Positions 18,250 through 27,436 of a stretch of 64,000 bases of DNA are shown one piece after another (positions within the stretch are counted from its first letter, which is position 1; each line of letters starts with the position of its first letter). The stretch is taken from contig JANLHZ010000037.1 in the NCBI GenBank assembly GCA_024653775.1, positions 1 to 64,000 of the forward strand. Reading direction: 5' to 3'. The notes beneath the pieces are model-generated. The model was not told the origin of the DNA, ran no database searches, and saw nothing but the letters and a program-made list of their open reading frames with translations. Made by a program: the position numbers and the translations under genes. The stretch is from Planctomycetota bacterium. Its GTDB lineage: Bacteria > Planctomycetota > UBA8742 > JACQVU01 > JANLHZ01.

Positions 18250-19752
18250 ATGTTTTCGACGCGTATCATCGGATTTGCATTCGCCTGCCTGACGCTTTCT
18301 GCAGGAGTTTCGTTCGCGCGGGTGACCGACGCCGACTTCGCGAACGCGACGCAGAAGTACCTCCAGGCAAGAAGCGTCGAGGAAAAGAAGGACATCATAG
18401 ATTCGATACTCGAAGATCCCGTGCTTCAGGGCTGGAAGGACATTCGCACCGTCAACTGGATGTACTCGCTTTTTATTCAGGAAACCGATCTTACCGTGCT
18501 CGAAATGTTTCGAGATCGGCTTGAAGATTGCGACCGCGTCGAAGGACCGCAGGACCTCGGTCCGGACCGCGTCGGCGCGCTACTTTCGGAATGCGATTCC
18601 TGGCTGCACAAAACCTTCCTCATCGGCGCGATCAAGGAATACCCGAAATGGAAGGACTACCTTTCCCCCGTCATCGCTAGGAATCGCGACGTGCGCGTGC
18701 TCATCAGCGCGGTGGAAACTCTCCTCCACCACAGACGGGACTATCTCGACCCGGGAATCAGGAACTGGTACGATGACTTCCTCTCGAACGACGATTACTG
18801 GCAGATCAGAGCCGCGACGATCGAGGCCGTTCGGGACACCTGCAACGCGATAGATATTCAAAATCACCAGGACGAATTCAGGAACTACGCGTCGCTTCTG
18901 ATCGGAAGGCTCGGCGGAGAGTCCGGAAGACTCAGCGCGGACATCGTCGACTCGCTGATCGACATTTTCCGGCTGGAAAGAACGTTGCACGATTCCGTCG
19001 AAAAGTACAGCGCGCTTTTCAATCCAACGTGGTTCTCGAACTCGGTCCTGAACCCCGGAAGAAACGGTCCCGCGCCGCCTCCACCCGCCGCGAACGTGTT
19101 CGCCGACTTCCTGGGGCTTCCGCTCGTCTCGAAACGCATCGTGCTGGTGCTAGACGTTTCGACCAGCATGAAATCCACGGTCGACGCGGCTTCGGTCGAA
19201 CCTTTCAGAAAATACATAGGCGCGAACGCGAACGTCAGGACGAGGCTCGATCTCGTGCGCGAACTGTTCCGGCTGTTCCTCGAAAAGGCGCCCGCGAACG
19301 CAAGGTTCAACGTCGTGTTCCTCCACGGCGCGCCAAGCGCGATGAGCACCAATCTCGAACGGGCGGACAACACGATCAAAACCCGCGCGATGGAATCGTT
19401 CGAAAATCAGATCGCGCTGTCGTCTGAAGCGGGCGACCTGACGAGCGTCTGGGACGCGATAACGCTTTCGATGACGTTCTCGAAACGCGGCGAGAATCCG
19501 GTGCCCGACATTCTAGATTTCACGCACTTTCGCGAGGGCGCAGACACCGTCATCCTCGTTACCGACGGCAGAAGCTCGAGCGGAAGATACGTGACAGCGA
19601 ATGAAAGACAGATCGACCTCGTTAAGGAGCTTGAGCTTTACAACAAGTTCCGGAAGATCAAATTCCACGCGGTCGCAATCCCCGGCGCGGACGGCACGAT
19701 GCTTCGCAACATTGCATCAAAAACCGGCGGAGTCGTCCTCCCCCGCGGCTGA
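18250..19752 (+). CDS. Exported HEAT-like + von Willebrand factor A domain protein
   Basis: Signal peptide. FLGLPLVSKRIVLVLDVSTSM (MIDAS DxSxS), DTVILVTDG and LRNIASKTGG. Confidence 0.85.
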   Translation: MFSTRIIGFAFACLTLSAGVSFARVTDADFANATQKYLQARSVEEKKDIIDSILEDPVLQGWKDIRTVNWMYSLFIQETDLTVLEMFRDRLEDCDRVEGPQDLGPDRVGALLSECDSWLHKTFLIGAIKEYPKWKDYLSPVIARNRDVRVLISAVETLLHHRRDYLDPGIRNWYDDFLSNDDYWQIRAATIEAVRDTCNAIDIQNHQDEFRNYASLLIGRLGGESGRLSADIVDSLIDIFRLERTLHDSVEKYSALFNPTWFSNSVLNPGRNGPAPPPPAANVFADFLGLPLVSKRIVLVLDVSTSMKSTVDAASVEPFRKYIGANANVRTRLDLVRELFRLFLEKAPANARFNVVFLHGAPSAMSTNLERADNTIKTRAMESFENQIALSSEAGDLTSVWDAITLSMTFSKRGENPVPDILDFTHFREGADTVILVTDGRSSSGRYVTANERQIDLVKELELYNKFRKIKFHAVAIPGADGTMLRNIASKTGGVVLPRG

Positions 19753-20267
19753 CGGAATAACCGTTTCGGTCCAGTGATCCACGTAGCGCGAATGTTTCGC
19801 CCGAGGGCTTCGAAATCGTGCATTCATACAAGTAGATCGTCTAATTGGAGCGTGCCGCCCTTATCCAGCCAATTATAACATAGTACAGATGATAATATTT
19901 GATATTGATTGATTTATAAAAAATATTAATAGTGTCGCGAGTCGTAACACTATCATAAGTTTCAATAATTATTGCATAATGATTTACTTCGTGCTTTCGT
20001 TCGCTGATCCACATAGTACGGATGTCTAATTCGCGATTGGGAGTGCAGGCGTCCTCGTCTGCGCATATTTTCAAGCTGTAGGTGAGACGCCTACAGTCCT
20101 ACCGCGAATTCGGCCGCACGCGGTGCGACGCCGCTGGAGTACGGCTGAAAATTCTCTGCGGTACTCCGCGCTCTCCGCGGCTCCGAGCCGAAGAACTGCG
20201 AGGACGCGGGTTTTGCAATTGCCGCGAAGGCGCAGAATCGCGTCGGGCATTCGATTCGAAAACGGTT

Positions 20268-20594
20268 TCAGAAGGCGAGTTCGTCGATTTTCGCGGCAAG
20301 GATGAAATCCTTGATCGTTATCGCATTCGAGTCGTGCGTCCGAAACGCGATCATCGCCTTACCCCAGGTGAAAAACACGTCCGGATGATGGTTCTCGGAT
20401 TCCGCGATTCCGCCGACTTTGTTAACGAACTCGAGAGCCTCCGCGAAGTTTTTGAACCTGAAGGACTTCGAAACACGATCCTCCACGTCGACGGACCAGC
20501 CGTCAAGCTGCGCGAGGTACGCTTCGATTTCCTCAGGCAGGATCGCGCTGACCTTTCGCGGAAGATCCCGAACGCTTTGTTCGCTGAGCTTCAT
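20268..20594 (-). CDS. phhB: Pterin-4-alpha-carbinolamine dehydratase
   Basis: FRFKNFAEALEFVNKVG..AESENHHPD...THD....KDFILAAKID. Confidence 0.92.
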   Translation of the reverse strand: MKLSEQSVRDLPRKVSAILPEEIEAYLAQLDGWSVDVEDRVSKSFRFKNFAEALEFVNKVGGIAESENHHPDVFFTWGKAMIAFRTHDSNAITIKDFILAAKIDELAF

Positions 20595-20600
20595 CGGCCT

Positions 20601-21209
20601 TCAAAACTCGCCTGACTGGGCTTCGTCGTCCCCTTCGCCTTCGTCTTCCTCGTCCCACGAATCGAGTTCCTTGATCGCGTCGATGAGGTCGTCATAGTGC
20701 CCGGCGCGCGGGTCCGCATTGAAATCGCGATTCAGCCACGCGATCGTGCCGTCGACGTAAACGAGGAACGTCGCCCTTGCCGCGTAGCTCATGGGCCCGC
20801 GGGTACGCTTGACGCCATACGCCGCGGCGATGCTGAGGTCGGTGTCCGCGATGAGCGGAAATTCGAGCTCAAGCTGATCGCAGAACCTTTCATGGCTGCG
20901 TTCGTCGTTCATGGAGACGCCGAAGATTTCGACACCAAGTTCGTCGAACTCTTCTTTCTTTTCCTGGAGCGTCTGCATCTCCAGGGTGCATCCCGGAGTA
21001 AAGTCCGACGGATAGAAGAACAGCACGACCGGCTGATCCTCCGCGAATTCGAGGAGATTTATGTCCTGTTTGACCTCCCGGCTCTTCTTGATTAGAACGA
21101 AGTCTGGAGCCTCGTCTCCAACGTCGACGGGTTCCTCTTCCGCAACGGCGGGAATCGCGATTCCGAAGGCGAGCAGAAGGCTGAAAAATCCGATTGCTTT
21201 GCGGTTCAT
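20601..21209 (-). CDS. bcp: Peroxiredoxin (BCP/PrxQ family) with signal peptide
   Basis: VGDEAPDF, FFYPSDFTPGCT (peroxidatic Cys) and ARATFLV. ATG 21209 follows GAGGGG and starts a Sec-type leader. Confidence 0.88.
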   Translation of the reverse strand: MNRKAIGFFSLLLAFGIAIPAVAEEEPVDVGDEAPDFVLIKKSREVKQDINLLEFAEDQPVVLFFYPSDFTPGCTLEMQTLQEKKEEFDELGVEIFGVSMNDERSHERFCDQLELEFPLIADTDLSIAAAYGVKRTRGPMSYAARATFLVYVDGTIAWLNRDFNADPRAGHYDDLIDAIKELDSWDEEDEGEGDDEAQSGEF

Positions 21210-21440
21210 AGTCCCCTCACGAAAATTGTGGTCCGCCACCAGTGGCGTCAGTCGATGGAAAATCTGTCGCAGTATATATCGCCAAACACTTTGCGCGGCA
21301 ATTTCATTCCAAAATGATTGAGACGCGGTGAACGCTCGGTGAATCACGTTGATAGAAACGTCTGCAGTGATTCGTTATGTGCAGAGTAGGACGAGGACGT
21401 CTGGTTCACCGAACTGATGCAATTTTAAAGTTCAACTCGC

Positions 21441-23981
21441 TTAATCCGCCGTACCGAAGAGCGGAATCTGCCGTTCGTTCGTCCTGAAGCTGCTCCGACG
21501 GTGTTTGACGGTCGTCTTCGGCCCGGCGATCTTTGGCATGCCCGACGCGTCGATGCTCTGCTTTTCAAGCTCCGAGAGAATCTCCTTCGAACGCAGGATA
21601 ATCGAGTTCGGGATTCCCGCCATCCGCGCGACGTGGATGCCGTAGCTCTTGTCCGCGCCGCCGGGGACGATCTTGCGCAGGAATCGGATTTCGTCCTTCC
21701 ACTCTTTCACCAGGACGCTCTTATTCGTGAAGCCGTCGAACAGCGGCTCGAGTTCCGTGAGTTCGTGGTAGTGCGTCGCGAAAAGGGTGCGCGCCTTCGA
21801 GCGCTCGAGAATGTATTCGCAGATCGCCCATGCGATCGAAAGCCCGTCGAAGGTGCTCGTGCCGCGACCGACCTCGTCGAAAACAAGCAGGCTGCGATCC
21901 GTAGAGTTGTGGAGAATGTTCGCGGTTTCGCGCATCTCGACCATGAACGTCGACGCGCCCATCGTGAGGTCGTCGCCGCTTCCGATGCGTGCGAAGACGC
22001 GGTCGACCACGCCTATGCGGGCGGACTTCGCGGGGACGAAGCTGCCCATCTGCGCCATCAGTACGATCACTGCGATCTGTCGGATATACGTGCTCTTGCC
22101 CGCCATATTCGGCCCGGTGATCAGATGGAAGAACCCGTCATCCGCTGCATTAATATCTGACATGGCGCAATCGTTCGGGATGAACGGCTCGCCGGGCTGA
22201 TATTTTTCGACCATCGGGTGACGGCTCTCGACGAGGTCGATTTCGCGAGAGTCCGTGATCTCCGGACGCACGAAGCGGTAACGCTCCGCAACCTCGGCGA
22301 GCGCCGCGTAGACGTCGATCTCCGCGATGGCATTCGCGGTCTTTAAAAGCCTCGGGAGCTGACCCGTGACGGTTTCGCGGACCTGCGTGAAAAGCTCTTC
22401 CTCTAGATCGTTCGCGCGGCTTTCCGCGGTGAGGACTTTCTGCTCGTACTCGCGAAGCTCGTCGGTGACGAACCGTTCGGCGTTTTTCAGCGATTGCCTC
22501 CGGTGGTAATTCGCGGGCGCTTTATCCGCCTGCCCGCGGCTGATCTCGATGTAGTATCCGAAGACGCGGTTGTAGCCGATTTTCATATTCGGGATGCCGA
22601 GGCGCTCGATTTCCTTCTGCTGGTAGTTCGCGATCCAGGTTTTGCTGTCCTGCGCGAGCATTCGCAGTTCGTCGAGGTCGGCGTTGAATCCTTTGCGGAT
22701 GATTCCGCCCTCCTTCAGCGCCAGCGGCGGGGAATCGACGATCGCGGCGGTTAGCATGTCCTCGACGTCGGTCATCGGATCGAGGTGTTTCGAGATCGTC
22801 TGCATCCGTTCGCTCGAAAGCGCGGTGAGGACGGGCATCGAGATCCGCAGCGCCGAGAGCGACGTGCGCAGGCCCGCGAGATCCCTTGGCGACGCGCGTC
22901 CGCAGCCGATCCTCGCGGCGATTCGCTCGAGGTCCTGCACGCAGGCGAGTTCTTCGCGGATCAGTTCGCGGACCTTTCGTTCGCGGAAGAATTCGTCCAC
23001 CGCGCCGAGGCGAAGGTCGATCTTGTCTTTCACGCGCAGCGGAGCGAGCACCCAGTCCGTGAGCATTCGCGCGCCCATTGCGGTCTCGGTTTCGTTCAGG
23101 AGCGAAAGCAGGCTTCCTTCCTTGCGATTAAGCGCGAAGGTGCGCGTCAGCTCGAGGCAACTCCTGGTCGCGCGATCGAGCGCCATCTGATTATCGAAAT
23201 TCGCCTTCGTGACGCTGATTATGTGACGCATGGACGAGCGCGACGTGAGCATCAGATAAGAAAGCAGCGCACCGGCGCTTTCGATCGCGACGTCCATCCC
23301 TTCCACGCCAAAGCCGCTGAGGTCCTTCACCGCAAGCTGCTCGCAGATGCTTCCAAACGCCCGGCTGCGGTCGAACGTGTATTCGTCGACACGGGTGATC
23401 GTCTTGCCTGCGAGCGCTTCGGTCCAGCGTTCGTCCTCCGGGAACGCAAGCGCGCGCGAAGCAAGGATTTCCCGCGGGCTTACGAGTCCGACGACAGCCG
23501 GCGCGTCCTCGATTTTCGCCTCGATGATCTCGAACCTGCCCGTGCTGAGTTCCGCGTAAGCTATGCCGCAGATGCCCTTAACGAAATTCAGCGCGAGAAG
23601 GTAGCTATGTTCCGAGGCTTCGAGAAGCTCCGACTCCGTGATAGTCCCCGGCGTTATGATGCGCGTGACTTCGCGTTTCACGAGTCCCTTCGCCTGCTTC
23701 GGATCCTCGACCTGATCGCAGATGGTGACTTTGCAGCCGAGTTCGATGAGTTCGCCGACGTAGCGATCGATGCTGCGCGCGGGAACGCCGGCCATGGGGA
23801 TTTCGCCGCCGCGGGAGGTGAGCGTGATTCCGAGGAGCTTCGATGCCTCGACTGCGTCGTCATAGAAAAGCTCGTAGAAGTCGCCCATCCGGTAGAGCAG
23901 GATCGTATCTGGATGTTCCGCCTTCACGCTTTTGTAGTGCCGCATCGCGGGCGGATCGTTTTTCTCGTTCTCGCTTGCCAC
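21441..23981 (-). CDS. mutS: DNA mismatch repair protein MutS
   Basis: LYRMGDFYELF, ITGPNMAGKSTY, STFMVEM, DEVGRGTST, FATHYHEL and SYGIHVA. C-terminal QIPLF clamp motif. Confidence 0.98.
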   Translation of the reverse strand: MASENEKNDPPAMRHYKSVKAEHPDTILLYRMGDFYELFYDDAVEASKLLGITLTSRGGEIPMAGVPARSIDRYVGELIELGCKVTICDQVEDPKQAKGLVKREVTRIITPGTITESELLEASEHSYLLALNFVKGICGIAYAELSTGRFEIIEAKIEDAPAVVGLVSPREILASRALAFPEDERWTEALAGKTITRVDEYTFDRSRAFGSICEQLAVKDLSGFGVEGMDVAIESAGALLSYLMLTSRSSMRHIISVTKANFDNQMALDRATRSCLELTRTFALNRKEGSLLSLLNETETAMGARMLTDWVLAPLRVKDKIDLRLGAVDEFFRERKVRELIREELACVQDLERIAARIGCGRASPRDLAGLRTSLSALRISMPVLTALSSERMQTISKHLDPMTDVEDMLTAAIVDSPPLALKEGGIIRKGFNADLDELRMLAQDSKTWIANYQQKEIERLGIPNMKIGYNRVFGYYIEISRGQADKAPANYHRRQSLKNAERFVTDELREYEQKVLTAESRANDLEEELFTQVRETVTGQLPRLLKTANAIAEIDVYAALAEVAERYRFVRPEITDSREIDLVESRHPMVEKYQPGEPFIPNDCAMSDINAADDGFFHLITGPNMAGKSTYIRQIAVIVLMAQMGSFVPAKSARIGVVDRVFARIGSGDDLTMGASTFMVEMRETANILHNSTDRSLLVFDEVGRGTSTFDGLSIAWAICEYILERSKARTLFATHYHELTELEPLFDGFTNKSVLVKEWKDEIRFLRKIVPGGADKSYGIHVARMAGIPNSIILRSKEILSELEKQSIDASGMPKIAGPKTTVKHRRSSFRTNERQIPLFGTAD

Positions 23982-24104
23982 TTTTCGCCCCGCAAATTTC
24001 GAATGCGTGAATTTATCACGCGGACGGGAACGATCACACGAGATTTTTTGTAGCGCAGCCGTCGCGCTGCCGGCGGGCGTAGCGCATTCTCGCTACGGAG
24101 CGGA

Positions 24105-24314
24105 TTACGGCTTCAAGACCGTCTGGATCAGATTCCCGCGTTTTTCGATCGCGGCTTCGATCGTATTCGAATTGCGCGTCCCTGGGACAGACCTTCCAAG
24201 GACGATCTCCGCGGCGTCCTCTTTCGCGAGGTGGCCTTTATTTATAAGCGCGCCGACGAAATTATAGAGAAGGAAGTTCGAACGCTTCGCGCTGATGGAC
24301 AGTTCAGTATCCAT
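24105..24314 (-). CDS. Small hypothetical protein (~69 aa)
   Basis: ATG 24314 preceded by GAGGGTG. No recognisable motif. Confidence 0.35.
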   Translation of the reverse strand: MDTELSISAKRSNFLLYNFVGALINKGHLAKEDAAEIVLGRSVPGTRNSNTIEAAIEKRGNLIQTVLKP

Positions 24315-24545
24315 ATCACCCTCAAATTCTGACCAAAAAACAAAACTGACCACCTGATCGGCATTTCTGAAAGAAAAGTTGAGCTTTGCTTTAACTTTTT
24401 TGGAGCAGTGCTTAAAATCTTGCTCTTCATCAGGGCATCGGACGATGCAGGGGACATATACTGAGTTTTTGTAATATTTTTACGATGTCGTTAGTACTGT
24501 CTCCCAGGTCTTTCAGATTCCCAAAAACATTATAAAACTCAGTAC

Positions 24546-25769
24546 ATGTCCCCGGTTTATATGTCAGAGAAGAAGTATCTGAAGCTCGCGTCCAGGGTTG
24601 CCAAGGTGGCGCCGTCGCCGACGATGGCGATTTCCGCGAAGGCGAAGCAGATGAAGGAAGACGGGCTTGACGTGCTCGTTTTTGCCGCGGGGGAGCCGGA
24701 TTTCGACACGCCGGAGTTCATAAAGGAAGGCGCCCGGGACGCGCTCGCGAAGGGACTAACGAAGTACACCGCGAATCTCGGGACTCTCGCGCTGCGGAAG
24801 GAAATCGCGAAGAAATTCAAGGAAGACAACCATCTCGACTACGACGTTAAGAACATCATCGTCAGCAGCGGCGCTAAACAGAGCGTGGCGAACGCGATTT
24901 TCGTCACCATCGGGGAAGGCGACGAGGTCATCATCCCGGCGCCCTACTGGGTCAGCTATCCGGAAATGGTGAATCTTGCCGACGGCACGAACGCTATCGT
25001 TCAGACGGAGCCAGAGAACAATTTCTGTCCGACCGCGAAGGCGCTGCGGGAAGCGATCACGCCAAGGTCGAAGATGCTGATTCTGAACACGCCCGGAAAT
25101 CCCTCCGGCGGCGCGTACGAGCGAAGTCAGCTCGAGGAGATACTCGAGGTCGTTCTGGAGCACGATCTGCTGGTGCTTTCCGACGAGATATACGAAAAGG
25201 TGCTCTACGACGGACGCAAGCACACCGCGTTCGCGTCGCTTTCGAAGGAGGCGTTCGAGCGTACTATCACCGTAAACGGCGTTTCGAAATCGTTCTCGAT
25301 GACTGGCTGGCGCATCGGCTATGCCGCGGGTCCGGCGCCTATAGTGAACGCGATGGATTCGTTCCAGAGTCACTTCACAAGTAACGCGAGTTCGATCTCG
25401 CAGCACGCTACGCTAGAGGCACTTCGCGGCGATCAGAGCTTTCTTGCGGAATGGATCGCGGAGTTCGACAAGAGGCGAAAGCTGATCGTAGGTGGACTTA
25501 ATTCAATCGAAGGTATTAATATCGCGATGCCGGGAGGGGCGTTCTACGCGTTTTTCAGTATGAAGGGACTGATCGGAAAGAAGGTCGCGGGGAAGACGAT
25601 CGCGGGGAGTCTCGACTTCTGCGCGAACGCGCTCGAGGACGCGAAGGTCGCGCTCGTTCCGGGGGTCGCGTTCGGAAGCGAAGGGTACGTTCGAATGAGC
25701 TACGCATGTAGCGAGGATGAAATAAGAGAGGGAATTCGCCGGCTGAAGGCGTGGATCGAGGGGACTTGA
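24546..25769 (+). CDS. aspC: PLP-dependent aspartate aminotransferase (class I/II)
   Basis: GEPDFDTP, PYWVSY, LNTPGNPSG, SDEIYE and NGVSKSFSMTGWRIGY. Start may be 24561. Confidence 0.93.
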   Translation: MSPVYMSEKKYLKLASRVAKVAPSPTMAISAKAKQMKEDGLDVLVFAAGEPDFDTPEFIKEGARDALAKGLTKYTANLGTLALRKEIAKKFKEDNHLDYDVKNIIVSSGAKQSVANAIFVTIGEGDEVIIPAPYWVSYPEMVNLADGTNAIVQTEPENNFCPTAKALREAITPRSKMLILNTPGNPSGGAYERSQLEEILEVVLEHDLLVLSDEIYEKVLYDGRKHTAFASLSKEAFERTITVNGVSKSFSMTGWRIGYAAGPAPIVNAMDSFQSHFTSNASSISQHATLEALRGDQSFLAEWIAEFDKRRKLIVGGLNSIEGINIAMPGGAFYAFFSMKGLIGKKVAGKTIAGSLDFCANALEDAKVALVPGVAFGSEGYVRMSYACSEDEIREGIRRLKAWIEGT

Positions 25770-25773
25770 GGCA

Positions 25774-26559
25774 ATGCCCGATTTTCATTTCTGCATTCTC
25801 GGAAGCGGATCGAAAGGCAACGCATGCTACGTCGAAGCCGACGGCGAAGCGTTGCTTGTAGACTGCGGACTTTCCGCGCGTACGATAGGCGAACGGCTAT
25901 CGGAAAAGAATCTCGACGCTTCGAAGATCGGGACGGTGCTGCTTACGCATTATCACTCGGACCATATTCGCGGCGCCGACGTGTTTCTGCGCAGGACGGG
26001 GGCGAACGTCTTCGCGACCAAAGATACCCTGAAGCGTCTTCCGGAGGAGATTCAGTCGGGCGGGCGCGGGTTCGAGGTTCAGCCGGCGACGCAGTTCGAG
26101 GTCGGAAAGATGAGCGTACGCGCGATCCCGAATTCCCACGACGCGCCAGGGACGGTTTCGTACTCGATCGCGTATCTTGGACGGACGTTCACTATCATCA
26201 CGGACCTCGGTGTGGCGAACGAGCACACGCACCAGGCGATCGCGTGGTCGGACGTGCTCGTGTTCGAGAGCAATCACGATCTTACGATGCTGGAGCACGG
26301 TCCGTACCCCTGGCCTTTGATTCGCAGGATCAAAAGCGCGGGCGGGCATCTTTCGAACGAGGACAGCGCGGACGCGATCAAACGCTCGGGGTCGGAGCGG
26401 ATGAAATTGCTCGTTCTCGCGCATCTCTCGGAACAGAACAATAGTCCAGAGATCGCGCTCGACACGATGAAGAACGCGATGCGCGAGTCCTCGCGGCTTA
26501 CGAAGGCGAAGCTGATGCACGCGGAGCCTCACGATCCGTCGGACGTGATGGAGATTTGA
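25774..26559 (+). CDS. MBL-fold metallo-hydrolase (YycJ/WalJ-like)
   Basis: LGSGSKGN, THYHSDH, SHDA, TDLG, ESNHD, GHLSN and LAHLSEQNN. Confidence 0.9.
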   Translation: MPDFHFCILGSGSKGNACYVEADGEALLVDCGLSARTIGERLSEKNLDASKIGTVLLTHYHSDHIRGADVFLRRTGANVFATKDTLKRLPEEIQSGGRGFEVQPATQFEVGKMSVRAIPNSHDAPGTVSYSIAYLGRTFTIITDLGVANEHTHQAIAWSDVLVFESNHDLTMLEHGPYPWPLIRRIKSAGGHLSNEDSADAIKRSGSERMKLLVLAHLSEQNNSPEIALDTMKNAMRESSRLTKAKLMHAEPHDPSDVMEI

Positions 26560-26582
26560 AAGTGGTAGTCGGTTGCCGGAAA

Positions 26583-26768
26583 TAAGGAGGCTCAAAATAA
26601 TAAGTTATACAAAATCCCGCTCAGATTTATGTCAGATTCGTTTTGCGCGAGAGAGCGAAACTGGAAGCGTAGCCATAGCTCCGGTGAGGATTTCGCGACC
26701 GAGCGCAAAGCGAAGATGGCGTGAAGATGTGATGGGAGATGGATAAGTTATTATTTTGAACCTCCTAA
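26583..26768 (+). mobile_element. 186-bp MITE, family A copy 2
   Basis: TIRs TAAGGAGGCTCAAAATAATAA / TTATTATTTTGAACCTCCTAA. Interior shared with copies 1 and 3. Confidence 0.8.
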
Positions 26769-27208
26769 GTCTCGAAGTATCCGTACAGACCAGGTCGATC
26801 TCTGTAAACGAGATTCGAAGATTCGCTTTGCGCGCGCTTGACGCGCTCGGCTTCGCGTCGGGTCAGCTCAGCGTGTCGATCGTCACCGCGATGGCGATAC
26901 GCGAGGTTCACCGCGAATTCATGAACGACGACACCGTCACGGACGTTATCGCGTTCGACTATATAGAAACAGCCGAAGACGACGCGATCGACGGCGAGCT
27001 GATCGTCTGCTCGGAAGTTGCGCGCGCGGAGTCGAGCCGACGGGGGATTCCGTTTCGGCGGGAACTTTTAAGGTACGTCGTTCACGGTCTGCTCCACCTT
27101 CGCGGCTACGACGATCATACTCCTGCGGGTCGGAAGCGGATGCGCGACAAGGAACGCAGGGTGCTTAAGAAACTCGGGATGTGGGACGCGACTGAAAAAA
27201 AAGAGTAA
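26756..27208 (+). CDS. ybeY: rRNA maturation endoribonuclease YbeY
   Basis: TDVIAF, GELIV and HGLLHLRGYDD (HxxxHxxGxD zinc motif variant). The TTG start lies inside the MITE TIR. Confidence 0.9.
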   Translation: MNLLSLEVSVQTRSISVNEIRRFALRALDALGFASGQLSVSIVTAMAIREVHREFMNDDTVTDVIAFDYIETAEDDAIDGELIVCSEVARAESSRRGIPFRRELLRYVVHGLLHLRGYDDHTPAGRKRMRDKERRVLKKLGMWDATEKKE

Positions 27209-27216
27209 GGTCGGTA

Positions 27217-27432
27217 TAAGGAGGTGGAAAACAATAATTTGTTCAAAATCGACACTGTTCACTGGAAGTTCGCAACAAAACGCCACCGAAGTCTAAAATC
27301 TTCCGCGCGGAAGCGACGGGAAAATCGAACGCATTTGCAGTTTCGGTTATCGTTCCACGAACTTCTATTGAACAGAGTCTCAAAATCGCGCTCAGATTTA
27401 TGTTAGGTTCGCTTTGCGCGAGGTAGTCAAAC
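27217..27432 (+). mobile_element. Degenerate/truncated MITE family A remnant
   Basis: Begins TAAGGAGGTGGAAAACAATAA (TIR-like). 27387-27432 CGCGCTCAGATTTATGTTAGGTTCGCTTTGCGCGAG matches the family A interior. Confidence 0.5.
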
Positions 27433-27436
27433 TTTG

